This document shows, piece after piece, positions 51,336 through 64,000 of a stretch of 64,000 nt of DNA (positions within the stretch are counted from its first letter, which is position 1; every line of letters starts with the position of its first letter). The DNA comes from Massalongia carnosa (Eukaryota). The notes beneath the pieces were generated by a model that made no database searches, was not told the DNA's origin, and worked only from the letters and a program-made list of their open reading frames with translations. The position numbers and the translations under genes were made by a program. The stretch lies in contig OZ287079.1 in NCBI GenBank assembly GCA_965645245.1, positions 1,736,001 through 1,800,000 of the forward strand, in the 5' to 3' direction.

Positions 51336-52015
51336 CAGTCCTAGGTCAAAAGTTTCCGACAGCCCCCCTATCAACTTTTTACCCCCACTGCTTTGAATTA
51401 TCAACCACCAAGTTTTTATTTTGATGCCTTGAAACTTCGTACAATGATTACATACATTCAAGCAAGGAATTTGGGCTGAGAAATATATTTTTAATATTTC
51501 GTAAACCATCCTTTCGATTGAATGCAAGCTTTAACTCTCCTTTCCATGCTCTCATAAAACTTCTCAACATTTCCTCATCTATCAAGGCCAATGCTTCTTT
51601 CAACGCTTTCCAAAGTACCTCGCGGACCTTATCATCACTACCAGTCACTGAATCGATGTCTGGATAGACTTGATAAACGAGCTGTTTGAGCACATATCAA
51701 ACGTGCTCGATGAGGTTCAAATAAGGAGAATAAGGAGGCCAATCGAGGATTGTTATACCGTTTTCATCGAATCATTTCTTCACCTTTTTGACAGTATGAG
51801 TCGGTGCATTATCCTGCATGATAATGAAGCCCGGTTCCCAAATTCCAAGCAGATTATCGTTTAATAATTCCAAATATGAATTCGCGGAGTACCTTATCTT
51901 CTTTGCTTCGAAATTGCGGGCCAATTTGTAAAGATTTGACCTTCCTTTCCTCCAAAAAGCGCCCCATACCATGACCTTGACCTCCTTGCCTTTGGCGTAC
52001 GGTTGTATCATGTGA
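51336..52015 (-). mobile_element. Tc1-like transposon 3' fragment
   Basis: VMVWGAF, MQDNAPTH, WPPYSPYLNLIEHV with stops; TA followed by a CAGT terminus at 51334-51339. Confidence 0.8.
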
Positions 52016-53065
52016 ACCTAAGTGATGATCTTAGGTGGTGGCTCAGGGGCCTGTTCGTAAAGAATTGTAACAATCGTAAAAAATTGAAATAGTTTCGAAA
52101 ATCTCAGTTCTGAGATGGCACGGTCTCGTACTAACCTACTAAATTTGACACAAAGCTCCCCATCTGACGAGCATCCACAATTTTTATTGACGAAATCCGC
52201 AAGGCGAACCAGATTTCGCAGATGGCTTAGAAGAATCTAAAGTGTGATCTATCAATCATGTGAACGATGCATGCCTCCTCGAGCGTACTTCCCAATCCAG
52301 GCAATTCCGAATTCTGCGAGTTTCATCATCAACTGCTTTTACGCCTTGTATTAGGATGATGTGAAGATTGTAGGTCTTGTGGAATACGATATAGCTGCAG
52401 AGGATCACACTATAATGAACTAAGAAGCTGAACACTTGAGATGGTCATATAGAACTTGAAGTTTCTCTACACCTTCAGCAATTCCACGGTCCATTGTTGT
52501 GAAGGGAAGGTCGGGTGGGGAAAAATACTCGATTACTCGCTCGAGCACATGCTTCATGCTCTATCATAGGCGTAGCCGCTGCAGCGTCGTCGGGGGGGTA
52601 GTATCGCGCGCAACCAGTGCCCCTGGGGAAGCTGCGCGTCGCTCGAACCTCAGACCATAGGCCTGCGACCGCTGGGAAGTGAGAATCCATTGAGGCTATG
52701 TGTTCTATGTATATTATGTATACTCCTCCATCTGCTTGCATTCGACGAGGCTCCATGCCCCCAGCTGTTTTCCCTAACCCTGAGTACTCGAATAGGCAAT
52801 CTAGGGTAGTAGGGGAAAGGGGACAGGAGGGAGCGGAGAGGGGAGTATAAGAGAATTTAAAAAGAACAGGAGAGAGCAGAGAGAGAACATGAAGGAACAC
52901 TAGGAGAGCAGTTGGCTGAAATAGTCGCTAGCACGGGTTTAAAGCAGCACTCCATTAATCAGTAAATCTTTATATACTTTCGCCAGTTCGTGGAAACTAC
53001 ATAGAGATATCCCGGGACTCCCTAACGTGATATTCGAATTGTTTCGAAAAAAAGAAAAATAACTA

Positions 53066-56000
53066 TAAAAGTAATTCGGCTCGGGCGAAAGGTAATGCCG
53101 GGACCGAGTGGAGGCAGGCCGCGGATAGCCGACGAAGGCCGAAGGTCGGATGTTGGACGGGAAGGGGAGTCCTCATCATCACCATTGATTCAGAGTTCAG
53201 CACCAAAAGGTCTTTTGAAAGCCTTTCCCGAATTAAAAACATCTATCAATTACTCACCCCCAATCGCATCATTCCAAATCACCTTCACCTCTCATTCTAT
53301 ATTACCCTCCACACTGAGCCCATCATGCCTTTCCATCGCTCTCAAAGAACCATCAAGCCCTTCATCCACTTCGAAAACACCTCCGGGCCCGGTCAACGTT
53401 TCACTCGTTCCACCCGATCCCCTAGAAGAGGGGTCATAGTTTCAGAAACACAGCCTCCTTCGAACACTCAAGGTTCGGAGGGAACACTTCGGGACGATGT
53501 GGTAGACGTTCATCGAACATCGGACATCGGAATCAATCCCGGATCTGCTGTTGGATCTCCGGGCTCAGCAGGAGGCCACGGCGACAGTCCTCAGGCAGGA
53601 GGAGACCCGTCACCTTCAAAAAACAAATTGCCGACAACTTGGCGGCCATTCAGCGCATAAGGGAGGGAAACACAGTCCCCGACGGAGACATCAAGGGACT
53701 ACCCCACCTGATTCGCTGCCTCGGGGTGTATTGGCAGGTCTTGCTTCATTTGGCATCATCCGGAATAAAAGACAGTCTTTGTAGGGCCTTTCAAATCTAT
53801 CAGGACCGCTTGTTGTTACATTACACCACCTACACCTGAGAGTCAGTAGGAATGTTTCATATAATCTTCCACAGGGGTCGAGTGTACCAGGGAGTGAACG
53901 ACCCGGCCGGATGGAGGAGAATCGACACCATCATCGAAAACATGTATCTTACTCGACGGACACCTAACCTGTTCATGAGGGGAGGTATCACCAAACAGCA
54001 CCCGGGATCACTCCCGGTAGGCGGCTCCACTGAATCAAAGCCCATGTCCTGCAATCGATACAACGCAGGGCGGGAATACAAGGACTGCAGGTATCCTCAC
54101 GTCTGCAATCTCTGTTTCGGCCATCACACGAAAAACAACTGCCTCAAGGCACATATCAGCAACCCAAATTTCATGTCAACGGGTAGACGAGATTGACTAG
54201 CCGGCACATTTGATCATGTCGCCGAAGGGTTCCCCTATCCGCTGATAGATAAATCAGCAATCGTACTTTCAGGGCCTCTAAGAAAAGAAGGCTGGGAACT
54301 TCACCTCATGGGTCATCCGAAAAAAAAATTACAAACAGACCATTTACGATATAATCATGTACGGGGCCAAAATTGATTACACCGGCCCAGATCAGTTCAT
54401 TCTAAGCAACAACCTGGCCTCGGCCAACGCGGCCCCAGAAATTCTGACCATGGACGTAGAGGACCAGAGGGCCAGGAACCGATTGATCGAGGTACCCACC
54501 CTACCAGCCAGATATATATGCTCCCCCTTATGCCTGATCCTCAAAGTAAACGGAGGATGGCGCCGTATTCCTCACCTCTCCCATCCCGAGGGTAATTCGG
54601 TGAACGACTTCATTCCCGAAGAATGGGGCGCTCTGGAATATATCTCTTTCGACGAAGCCCTCGCCGGCGTCAGAAGAATGGGCAAGGACTGCCTACTGAT
54701 CAAACGAGATCCAGCCGATGCCTTTCGCCACGTTCCAGTGGCGCAAAGCGATTGGTGGTTGCTGAGTTTTTGTTGAAACGGGGTTTACTGGATGGAACGC
54801 TTTCTTCCATTCGGCCTCAGGACGTCTCCCTTCTTGTTTGACATATTCGCGAAAGGTCTGAACTGGATGATGATTAACTGTTCAGACCTCGGCCTAAAAT
54901 CAACGATAAGAAAAATAAACAAGGCACGGTAGTCGAATTCCTGGGCATCGAGCTGGATACACACCTCATGCAGGCACGACTACCGGCCGAAAAGCTTCAG
55001 AAAGCTAAGGATCTTGTCCAAACAACATTGAATAAATCCACGATAACCAGAAACAAGCTAGACACTCTTGCTGGGATTTGTGGGCTTTGCAGCCAAAATG
55101 GTGGTGCCGGAAAGAACTTTTCTCCGACGCCTTTTCAACTGCAAAATCGGGCCCGCGCGCCCATTTATGAGTAACAATTCTCACATAAAAGCTGATCTTT
55201 TATGGTGGCATCATTTCTGTTGAATAGGTCTATGACTATGGCTATATGACTATGTAAAGAAAGGGGCCTGTATGACCATGATGTTAAGGATGCAGAGTTG
55301 CTACGGAGTGCAGAGCAATCTGTTCCCTTTATATTGGTCACCTCTGCTAAGCGAGATGATAATAGTTTATCCGAGCCTCTATGCGATTAGATTAGATCTT
55401 ATCTTATCTAATCTATCGGCTAGGCAATGCTGGTAGAAGTTGAACATTCAACAATTTCCTTCCATTATGGAACGGCATACACATTATTAGCCCTTCGAGA
55501 CCCCTGCTCCGTCTCTGGACGGATGCCAGTGGGGACTTCGTGATCGGGGCATACATACTTCAAGGTGGTCAGACCACACACATTGCCCGCTGAGCAAGTG
55601 GTTTCTGAACGTTATACCACCCCTTTGCAGCCAAAGTAGTGGTGCCCGGGAGAACCTTTCTTCGGCGCCTTTTCAACTGCAAAATTGGGCCCGCGCGCCC
55701 ATTTATTCATGTCAATTCCCACATAAAAGCTGATCTTTTATGGTGGCATCACTTCCTTCCATTATGGAACGGCATACGCATCATCAGCCCTTCGAGGCCC
55801 CTGCTCCGTCTCTGGACGGATGCCAGCGGGGACTTCGGAATCAGGGCATACATACTCTTAGGTGGTCAGACCACACACACACTGCCCGCTGAGCAAGTAA
55901 TATCTGAACGATACACGACTAGGCTCAGAGCCAAACATATCAATGAGAAGGAGATGACAGCGATCCTGCACGCCATACGGCGGTGGCTCCCCCTGTGCAA

Positions 56001-57400
56001 GAGAGCCCATCTTCTTCTCTATTGCGACAGCTTCGCTGTAATGTCTGGGGTCAAAAAGACCTCCATGCGAGGAGGGGCCATGCACCCTCTTCGGAATATC
56101 GCCATGATGGCGGCTGTAAATGACATTGAAATCGAGCCACACTGGCTGTCGACCAAAGAAAACTTCTTAGCAGATTGGTTGTCCCCAGTACTATTTGGGA
56201 AAATCGCTGACAATTACCCCAAACTGCAGGGCATTTCATCGGACAAATAACGGCGACACACGCCCGCGACCCTCCAGAAACATGGTACAATGAGGTCCCG
56301 CTGGATCGTCGGGCAGCCAGATATCTATGGTGGGGCATAGCAATTAGGACTCGAGGACTATACGATGCAGCCCGAAAAAGCTACACGACCCACTGTCAGC
56401 TGGCGACGAATTTTTCCCCTTTCCAGCAACAATTCGAAGTCTTTCGGCGTGGATAGCCGCTCTAGGCCAACGGGGACTCCGTCCCAAAACTATCAAAAAC
56501 TATCTAGCTGGGGTGCGATCAAGTCAATTGGACATGGGCCTAGGGGACCTGGAGGTTTCCATCAGCCAGTCCTAGACAGGATAATAGCAGGAATAAAACG
56601 GATGCACGGTGAACCCGAAAAACGAGAAAGACTACCAATCACACGCGACGTTCTGATAAAATTGCTACGAAAATTAGACACTACTAACGAGGTCCAAGCA
56701 ACACTCCATGCGGCATATAGCATCGCATTCGCCGCCTTCTTAAGAGCGGGAGAATTTACTTAAAAACAAGGAGACATGCAAGACCCAAGCTTCGATTCAT
56801 GGAATTTAACCAGGAAATCCGTGGACCTACGAGAAGATCGAATGATTCTCCCCTTACCATCATCGAAAACGGACCCTTTTCGAAGAGGTAGAAAAATTTA
56901 CATCGCAGCAACAAACGACGAAGCATGTTCGGTCGCCTCCACCCGGAATTTGTTTACCCGGTTCCCGAAATCAGCATCGTCCCCGCTGCTCCAGGTTCAA
57001 AACAAGGCCTTCACCCGGGATTATTTGATGCAGGCTCTGCAAAACGGTCTCCGGGCGATTGGAGTTCGAGGTAATTACTCGGGTCATTCGTTTCGACGTG
57101 GGGAAGCAACAACGGCCAAGGACTTGGGCTTGCTGGAAGAAGACATTGGAAATCGGACTCGTATCAGCTATACATCCAAACACACCCGGACCAGCTAATA
57201 GCGACTTCCCTTCGTTTTCAACGAACCCCCCCCGTCACGTTTCGAACAGCACCACCATAGGTGGGCCATTCCCTGCTTAGGGTTTGGGAGTTTTCCCCTC
57301 ACCGCTGCCATAATAAAGCCATTATAGGCGGGGCCCTCAGCAAAACTGAGCGCCAGCATGGCAGCAGCGAGGGGGAGTTGCCCAAACATAGATAGTAATT
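53066..57400 (+). mobile_element. Ngaro-like tyrosine-recombinase retrotransposon copy B (gag, RT, RNase H, YR), near full length but degenerate
   Basis: Colinear with copy A, then YR at about 56230-57200: AFAAFLRAGEF (R), SKTDPFRRG (K), YSGHSFRRG (HxxR). No methyltransferase between RNase H and YR. Deletions in gag and across YLDD. Confidence 0.88.
55218..55453. mobile_element. Solo LTR, 236 bp, inserted at the start of the RNase H region of copy B
   Basis: TGTTGAA...TTCAACA; ATTTC at 55213-55217 and 55454-55458; host sequence resumes exactly. Confidence 0.92.
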
Positions 57401-58410
57401 ATATGATGTTCTGCCGACACGATGGAGCCCGCGAATTACCTGAAGTTTTCAAATATCAGTGGGATACTTCGACGCATGGCTCCTTCACGGTTTCAACAAC
57501 GCAACGTTCCCCTCGATCGGATTAAACTGCATAGGGTTGTCGCGGGTACTGATAATCAGGAATCCAACGCCCTTAACACTCTCTGCAATATCAGATGGCA
57601 AGGTGGCTATATCAATGACCAAATTGAACGATTTAAAGTTGAAAATAGGCATCGTGATATTTGCTACTGTTGTATTGACCGGTACAGCACTTCATGATGT
57701 TATAACTCTTCGAGAAGTCCTCGAGGTACGAGGTTCGACCAAGGTTGCAGATACTAGATTCGCCAGTCCTCCGCGCGCAATACAAGGCCCGATCGTTAAC
57801 TTGGATACATATCATACCATTGCCATGAATAACCCGGCCCGGCATCATTTATTTTTCAAGTCAAGCAGTACCGCCCCATCCACGTAATATGGTACCTATC
57901 TTACGGAGCTGTAAGCCAGAGGCTCGACGAATTGAGATGGTAAAGAGAAGCAAAGTATGGCAGAAATCATCCAGAAGTATGCTCTGCGAGCTACAGGCTG
58001 TCCTGAACTTGATGCAGTAGGATTGCCTCTTTCCAATTAATGTGGCCTGGTCATCGTATTCAATAGGATTGTCGTCATGATTTTGATTCGAGACGGATAA
58101 AGATGACAATTCATCAAGCTCGCTGCTTCGGTTGTCTAGTCGAAAGTAAGCGATTTGAAGTGATCTTACACAATCAGATGAAACAGTATACCATTCATTT
58201 GATTATGGAGTACATGTGCTGTCTTACAGAAGGATGAAAACTTGTGTTTATACTTATTTAAGACATCTCAATCTGCAAGTCGTTGACTAATAAACATCCG
58301 CAATGAACTGCATTAGATTATCGTTTATATCGTCGTGCGGATAGGACAAAAAACCCCCCTAAGCATCTGATCACGAGACCTTACCCCACAATCCAAACTC
58401 GGAATATTCC

Positions 58411-58476
58411 GTGTTTAAACTTAAAATAGACAAAGTTATTAATGTGTTTAAACTTAAAATAGACAAAGTTATTAAT
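58411..58476. repeat. Perfect 33-bp tandem duplication
   Basis: GTGTTTAAACTTAAAATAGACAAAGTTATTAAT occurs twice. Confidence 0.9.
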
Positions 58477-58891
58477 AATCGTCGTCGTTGAATGCACAAC
58501 GATTTATCTTAAACTCAGCCTGGTAAACTCGAACCAAGATAGTTGTGATGTGTGAACTGTTGCTTTCATCTTGATTTTCAACAATAACGCATGATGCTAT
58601 TTCAGTTCGAGAAGATGGTGTTCATGAGTTGAACATCTGTTTCTCATTCTATTATTGTTGCTCTGGACCATGGCGCAGAAACTTGAGTCCTTGCGACTGA
58701 ATCATCTTTTCATGATGGAGCGCAGCATTAAAAGGATCGTAGTATCCAGCATTCAATCCAAATCATCGTCTTACATCGTCTCATCTGTTGCAAATAAAGC
58801 TTATCCTACAATCATAATACCTTAGAGTTAATACCTTCTCTGTTTTATAAAAACTTCACATTGAAATCATTGCAAGCGCGACAGGAGAATC

Positions 58892-59863
58892 ATGGCCATT
58901 GAATCTGGGATCAGCAACTACGTGCGCACAGACGGCAGGATTGCTTGGGAAGACGGCATGAAGATTGGAGATGGATATAATCTGGCCGGGCACAACACCC
59001 TCCAGTCACCTTTTCGAGAATTCAAGCATCCGGTGACGCCAGGCAAAAACATCTGCAAGATCCATCTTACGTACGAGACGATGCGAAACCAAGAAGACAT
59101 CATGAGGATTCTCGAATCGAGTGATAGCGCATCTGTGATACATATGTTGATATCTGTGATACTCTCAATGGAGCTTTTGCAGACGGCGAAATGTAATACA
59201 ACCAGCATGGTGACTATCATTCGATGCACGGCTACACTGCCCACCGACAACTTCGATGCTTCCTTGCAGTTTACGGAGGAAGCCAAATCAAAAGCAAGCA
59301 GCGCTGAGGACTTTGTTCGAAGATTCGGCGAGTACTGCATCTCCGGCTGGACGTGTCAATCGACATTCTTCGCGATATGTGTCCACACAGCCAAAAGCTC
59401 GGATATTCTCGACGAATTTCAAGCAAAGCTAAATGTTGGCTTCAATGGCAGCGCAACAGGGGCGGGACTTGCTTCGGAATTCATGAGGAAGGTTACAGCA
59501 ACGTCCAAGCATGTCAGCGTTAAGACCGAGATCGACTATGTTGGGTACAATGCCAAAAGGCTTGACAAAGACTTTGAGAAGATCCGCTTAGACAAGGCAT
59601 GGAAATCTTTCCTAAAAAACTGGTCTCCATTGCCAACGGTGGCTATCTTGAAACATTACTCTGCTCTCAGAGTGGAGGGGCTTGATAGCATCCCCGGACC
59701 AGACCGCACTCACGACATCTCTACCGGGTTGGTCGCGTACATGAGAAGAGCTCTAGCATTGCAGATTTCCGCTCAGTCGAGTGTGATAAGATGTGCGAGG
59801 AAACAGGTACCGAACATCGAGAACGTCATCAATCAACTTGTTATAAACGGGCGGTTGGGGTAG
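58892..59863 (+). CDS. Intronless 323-aa protein, possible divergent MACPF/CDC-fold domain
   Basis: IGDGYN near the N-terminus, DFVRRFGEYCISG resembling the MACPF F..(Y/F)G.(H/Y) motif (canonical GG replaced by QS), and PLPTVAILKHYSAL. No obvious signal peptide. Confidence 0.55.
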   Translation: MAIESGISNYVRTDGRIAWEDGMKIGDGYNLAGHNTLQSPFREFKHPVTPGKNICKIHLTYETMRNQEDIMRILESSDSASVIHMLISVILSMELLQTAKCNTTSMVTIIRCTATLPTDNFDASLQFTEEAKSKASSAEDFVRRFGEYCISGWTCQSTFFAICVHTAKSSDILDEFQAKLNVGFNGSATGAGLASEFMRKVTATSKHVSVKTEIDYVGYNAKRLDKDFEKIRLDKAWKSFLKNWSPLPTVAILKHYSALRVEGLDSIPGPDRTHDISTGLVAYMRRALALQISAQSSVIRCARKQVPNIENVINQLVINGRLG

Positions 59864-60338
59864 TCAGATGTGGTTTCGTTAGGATCTTGATATACCCGGG
59901 AATGTTTTTTCTCTATAATATTAGACATGTCGAGATGTTCCCGACATATATGTTTACAGTAACGATTCATGAATTATGAGCAATAGTATATTACCTTACA
60001 TAGTTATGTCAACAATACTCGAGTTTCTTTTTTGATGATTTTTGCAAGAATTATGCAGTTTATAATTTATGTGTTTTTCTTCATGAATCTTTACATACAT
60101 TATAGAAAACTCGATAACTTACAAGAATAATCTCAATTCAAGTCATGGATCTCAATTTTCTATTTGATTTTTTCCCGATCAATCAAACACTAGAAATTAT
60201 GACATACAGGGCACCTATCGAGTTATCAAGGGGTATGACAATGTTCTCATCATCGACTGAGGTAGACGAGGGTTTTTGGTTCCGCTCCGTAGTTGTCTCC
60301 CAGAGCTGCGTTCCGGAACCGATGTTTGAGATGCAGGG

Positions 60339-61500
60339 TCAAACTCCAGAGTGGAACTGCGCGAAGAGCTTGTTGGATTTGAAGATTTTTGAGCTGCGGC
60401 AAGGAGACGGCAACAGTGTAATTGATGCGCGCGACATTCGAGGAATGAGACTTGTGGTAACAACTTTACAACTGATTAAAAATGATGGTTTATCATTCGA
60501 CTGTTGACAGCTGTTTAACTGTAACTGTGAATCCTGCATTACAAGCTTGTCACCTTTCCTAAATTCGTCCGAGTTCTGGGTATACTCGTAAGAATGTTGA
60601 TCGATCTCGTCAAAAAACTCGACGCAGACATTTGCAAGATCACGTTTGAGACTATTCAAATGAACAGTCTGTTCGTATTTGTGAATACGATTCAAATCTC
60701 GACTTAGCTCCACGATGTCCTCCTCCTTCAACAGACTGTAGGCATTACACTAGACCATGTGATAGGATAACATTTCGAAATATTTAGTTTGTGCCAGCAG
60801 AATCTTCATGCAGTAAAGAGTCACGCAAGGGCCACAGCACGTCAGCGCGAATAAAGTGATGTCTCTCAAGTTCAAGCTTGAGGACTGTCGTCGAAGCTTC
60901 ACCCATTCTAAGAGCATCATCGCACCCAAAAGAGCAAGAGATTGATGAGCCTCAATTTCCTGTGACTTGGTATTTTTAAACTCTGCAATTAAGTAAGGCA
61001 GTAACGCGTCGATGCTGGCAAAGGTCCGAATGGCTGGGAAGTTGATATAGCATTCCGATTTTTCCAGTTCCGACAGTTGGATCGCGTACATGATGTCTGG
61101 CCTCATGCCACGCCGAGCTTTTAAAGAGATGATGTTCTTGTTTTTGTGCTATGCTGATCCTGCCCAAAGCCACCAGTCAAGTCAGGCAATGGCAAAATCA
61201 ACTGGCGTTTCTTTTCCTCTCCAAACTGGGTCTCGAGTTTTCCTTGGAAGATAATAATACGTATCCTTGAGACTCCAATGAAACGTACGGCTGTATTTCT
61301 CTCTTAGCGTTCACTTTCTCTTGCGGAAGAAGATTGGGCTCCGATAAATGCGCCCATCCATTCTTTAGACTGCCATTCCGAATCGAGATCTTTCGGGATG
61401 CAAGCTCCTTGTTTCGATCACTCCAAGTCTCTTTTTTCGCTATCTTCTGCTCATTCAAGGTCGAAGCATCTTGCGAAGCAGTCTTGGACTTTCTCGCCAT
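60339..61500 (-). pseudogene. Hypothetical protein with PD-(D/E)xK-like motif spacing and an in-frame TAG
   Basis: RPDIMYAI...LPYLIAEFK...EAHQ; ORFs 61106-60750 and 60731-60339 share a frame across a TAG at 60750-60752; probable first exon from 61500. Confidence 0.45.
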
Positions 61501-63202
61501 GTCTTGACCGATGGATCTTACTTGTGTCCAAAGCTGATCAACTTCGGCCGGGTCCAGAAGAGAGGGTGGGGATGAAGGTGAGGATGAAGGTGGGAATGAA
61601 GGTATAGATTTGCTCTGAGGCCCTGTATGTCATTGTAATTAGTAAAAACTCTGTCCAATATTTCATCCTTTGTTATTTTCTCGATCTGTACATACCTTGC
61701 CTATTGAGAATCCGCTGCTGGAAGGGTCTGCGCTGATGCGTTGCAACCCTCTGAAAACATGAGTGTCGTTTCGTCGTGACCGGACATGCATGGCTTTCAT
61801 TTAGAGACATGATTCCAAATCCTCAATGAGTTGATGATGAGAGTAGATGGCAGAAGTCATCAAAGAAATAGCAAAGGTTTGAACTCACTTCTTCAGCTTT
61901 ATCTCCGATGCTGCGATTAAATCCGCCCGTTTTCAGAGCGAAGTATTGTAAGCGGGAAATCATTCTAGCGACGCCGATAAAGACACAGTCATGCGACATG
62001 GGAACGAAAGCAGTCACGCCCTGTAGGGTAGGTCGCTAATCTTAAAAGTTCAATCAGAATCCGATTAGGCTTCTAGCGGGGCCTAATTGAGTCATATCAA
62101 CAAGGCTACCCGCTACCTCATACAGAACAGGCAACCTCAATCGAGGCAGGGTCTCTCGGTTAGGGTTTAGTCTTTTGACACCATTCAATTCAAATAGCGA
62201 TCAGTAACCGAGTACAAACAGTATCGAGTACAGAGTAACGAGTACCGCATGACCGCAACTATTCGGGGCATGAGCCTGTAACCTAATTCACCTGTATTCG
62301 GAACACCCGCTTATTCGGAACTAACAAAACCACGAAACTTACTTTCAATCATTATCTCTTCTACAACTTATTGAAGAAAATCCTGAAACTGATTTAATAA
62401 GGCAAAGGATATTATAATTATTATAATAGCTGATTATCGATAAATTACATCGCTGAAATGGCTTCTTTCCGGCAGTTTCGAGTTACAAAATCGGGATTGC
62501 GTATTATCTTGAAAGACGAGGTTACATCGGGAAATCGGGAGGACCCGCGAATTGGTCAAATGGTCGACTAATAGGCTACATTAGTCAATTAGCCGAAATG
62601 TTCTAGGTACTGCCGATTGCGCCACACGTTTGACATGGGCGCTTGACGAATAGTCGAACATTTGACGTGTAAGTTGCTCTTTGACTATTGATTACCTTTA
62701 CCTTTCTTTGTCCAATGATGATAATTGTTATATTGACTCTTTTGTGTTATTGTAAGCATTTGAATCCAATAATTTCATTAATTAACTTGTTGTTTTAGTA
62801 ACGATTGTAACAAATCTTGCGTATGTCAGAATGCACTGCTTTTGTTTCCTTGTCGAGCGCTTGATGCTGCCAGATACGACAATAAAGACACACCAGTCGA
62901 GTATATTATCAAGATTTGGTTTAAATAATGTTATGTGAGTTCTCCCATATTGTCATCTGCTTGAGATTGCGCCCAGTTTCCACTTCGTATCATTACTCTA
63001 TGCACCTGTTCCACCCGATCCAAAAACGAACTATATGCTTCCTCAAAGCTCAATATGGCCTCGGACATGTTGGTACAGTATACCAGAACGACTCTCCATC
63101 TTTCATTCCCACAGCAGTCTGCCACTCCTTCCACGTTGCATCATACCTCATCCGAATCCGCCAGTCTTTCCCCATGCGTAAATCGTAATCTACCGCAACT
63201 TC

Positions 63203-64000
63203 TTAACTCGAATCTGTCGTCACGATTGCGTCTTGCGCGAGTGGAGTTGGAGTTGACGATATCTTGTCGTTAATCTGTTTCCAACGCAATTGTTAGACTA
63301 ACAGATATTCTACAAACAAAGCGAATACTTACGAAGGATGAAATTGATGCGCTGTGCTTTAATTGTGAGGGTCCACGTTGCGAAGAATTCTAGGAGAGAT
63401 GTTAATACCACGTTAGAACGCGGTTAACAAGATTGCATACCTCGTGGCTCGTCAACTGCGGCGGTCTAGGTGAAGAGGTTTCCTTCTATTGTTGTTACTG
63501 ATAATTCCAAAGCATAATATCAATCAAGACATACCGAAAAACCCGAATCCACCTCCTCGCAACGAACGATCGAAGTTCTACACGAAGATGTCAAGGAAGA
63601 AAGCCGCGCTGTCGACCTGACCGACTTTGTCATTTCATCTCCTGCATCAAGATCTACAAGATCGTCAATAGAAATGGCAAATGGATTGTGGACAGCTTTT
63701 GTGACCGCCGAAAAGTCCCCATCTCTTTGTCCAGTCTGACGCAAAACCCGCCGATGAATGATTCTTTGTAATAACATCTTTCTCTCCAAGGACTATTGAT
63801 TTCAGGTTTTCGTCATTCGAGTATGGATTGCTTTTCAGTTATTAATGCCTCAACTCAGCAAAGATTATATTGATACAAACTTACTCTCTCGCTGTGACCC
63901 ATCAAAAGCCTGTACCTTTTTATGCCCGTATTCATACTCTCCAATGCATGTTGAATCAGAGTTGCTATCAATACGATCACTTCTCCTCGAAGTGGATTGA
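63203..64000 (-). CDS. 3' part of a spliced gene of unknown function, probably starting beyond the window
   Basis: Consecutive GT-AG introns 63534-63486, 63440-63390 and 63332-63275 bracket phase-0 exons of 45 and 57 nt; no recognisable domain. Confidence 0.4.

Noticed and set aside
52158..52226. Second hammerhead-like motif (CTGACGAG...CGAAA)
   Set aside because: The core segments are themselves sequestered (CCATCTG/CAGATGG and CGAAATC/GATTTCG), stem II is poor and stem I cannot form next to a cleavage site.
56230..57200. Starship captain or Crypton tyrosine recombinase
   Set aside because: It is short, follows a DIRS-type RT/RNase H directly and carries the SKTD and GHSFR motifs of retrotransposon YRs.
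62022..62180. Solo LTR (TGT...ACA)
   Set aside because: No TSD and no second copy in the window.

Overview
Fungal (filamentous ascomycete-like) genomic DNA, judged from short GT-AG introns with CTRAC-type branch points and the families of genes and transposons present. More than half of the window is nested, mostly decayed transposons: pogo/Fot1, Tc1-mariner, three Copia remnants, three Tad1-like LINE pieces, a Harbinger remnant, hAT MITEs, solo LTRs, a 571-bp TRIM with identical LTRs, and three pieces of an Ngaro-like tyrosine-recombinase retrotransposon. Five secondary-metabolite tailoring genes with uninterrupted spliced frames lie among them in the left 37 kb: FAD monooxygenase, O-methyltransferase, 2OG-Fe(II) dioxygenase, DMATS prenyltransferase and SDR. 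No backbone synthase is in view. The right part holds a patatin-NB-ARC-TPR NLR with two nonsense codons, an intronless MACPF-like ORF and a broken PD-(D/E)xK-like gene. The best leads are the split prenyltransferase cluster, the self-priming TRIM with a hammerhead-like internal fold, the Ngaro-like element with atypical ends, and the NLR/MACPF-like neighbourhood. All exon models and folds were worked out by eye; no searches were run.
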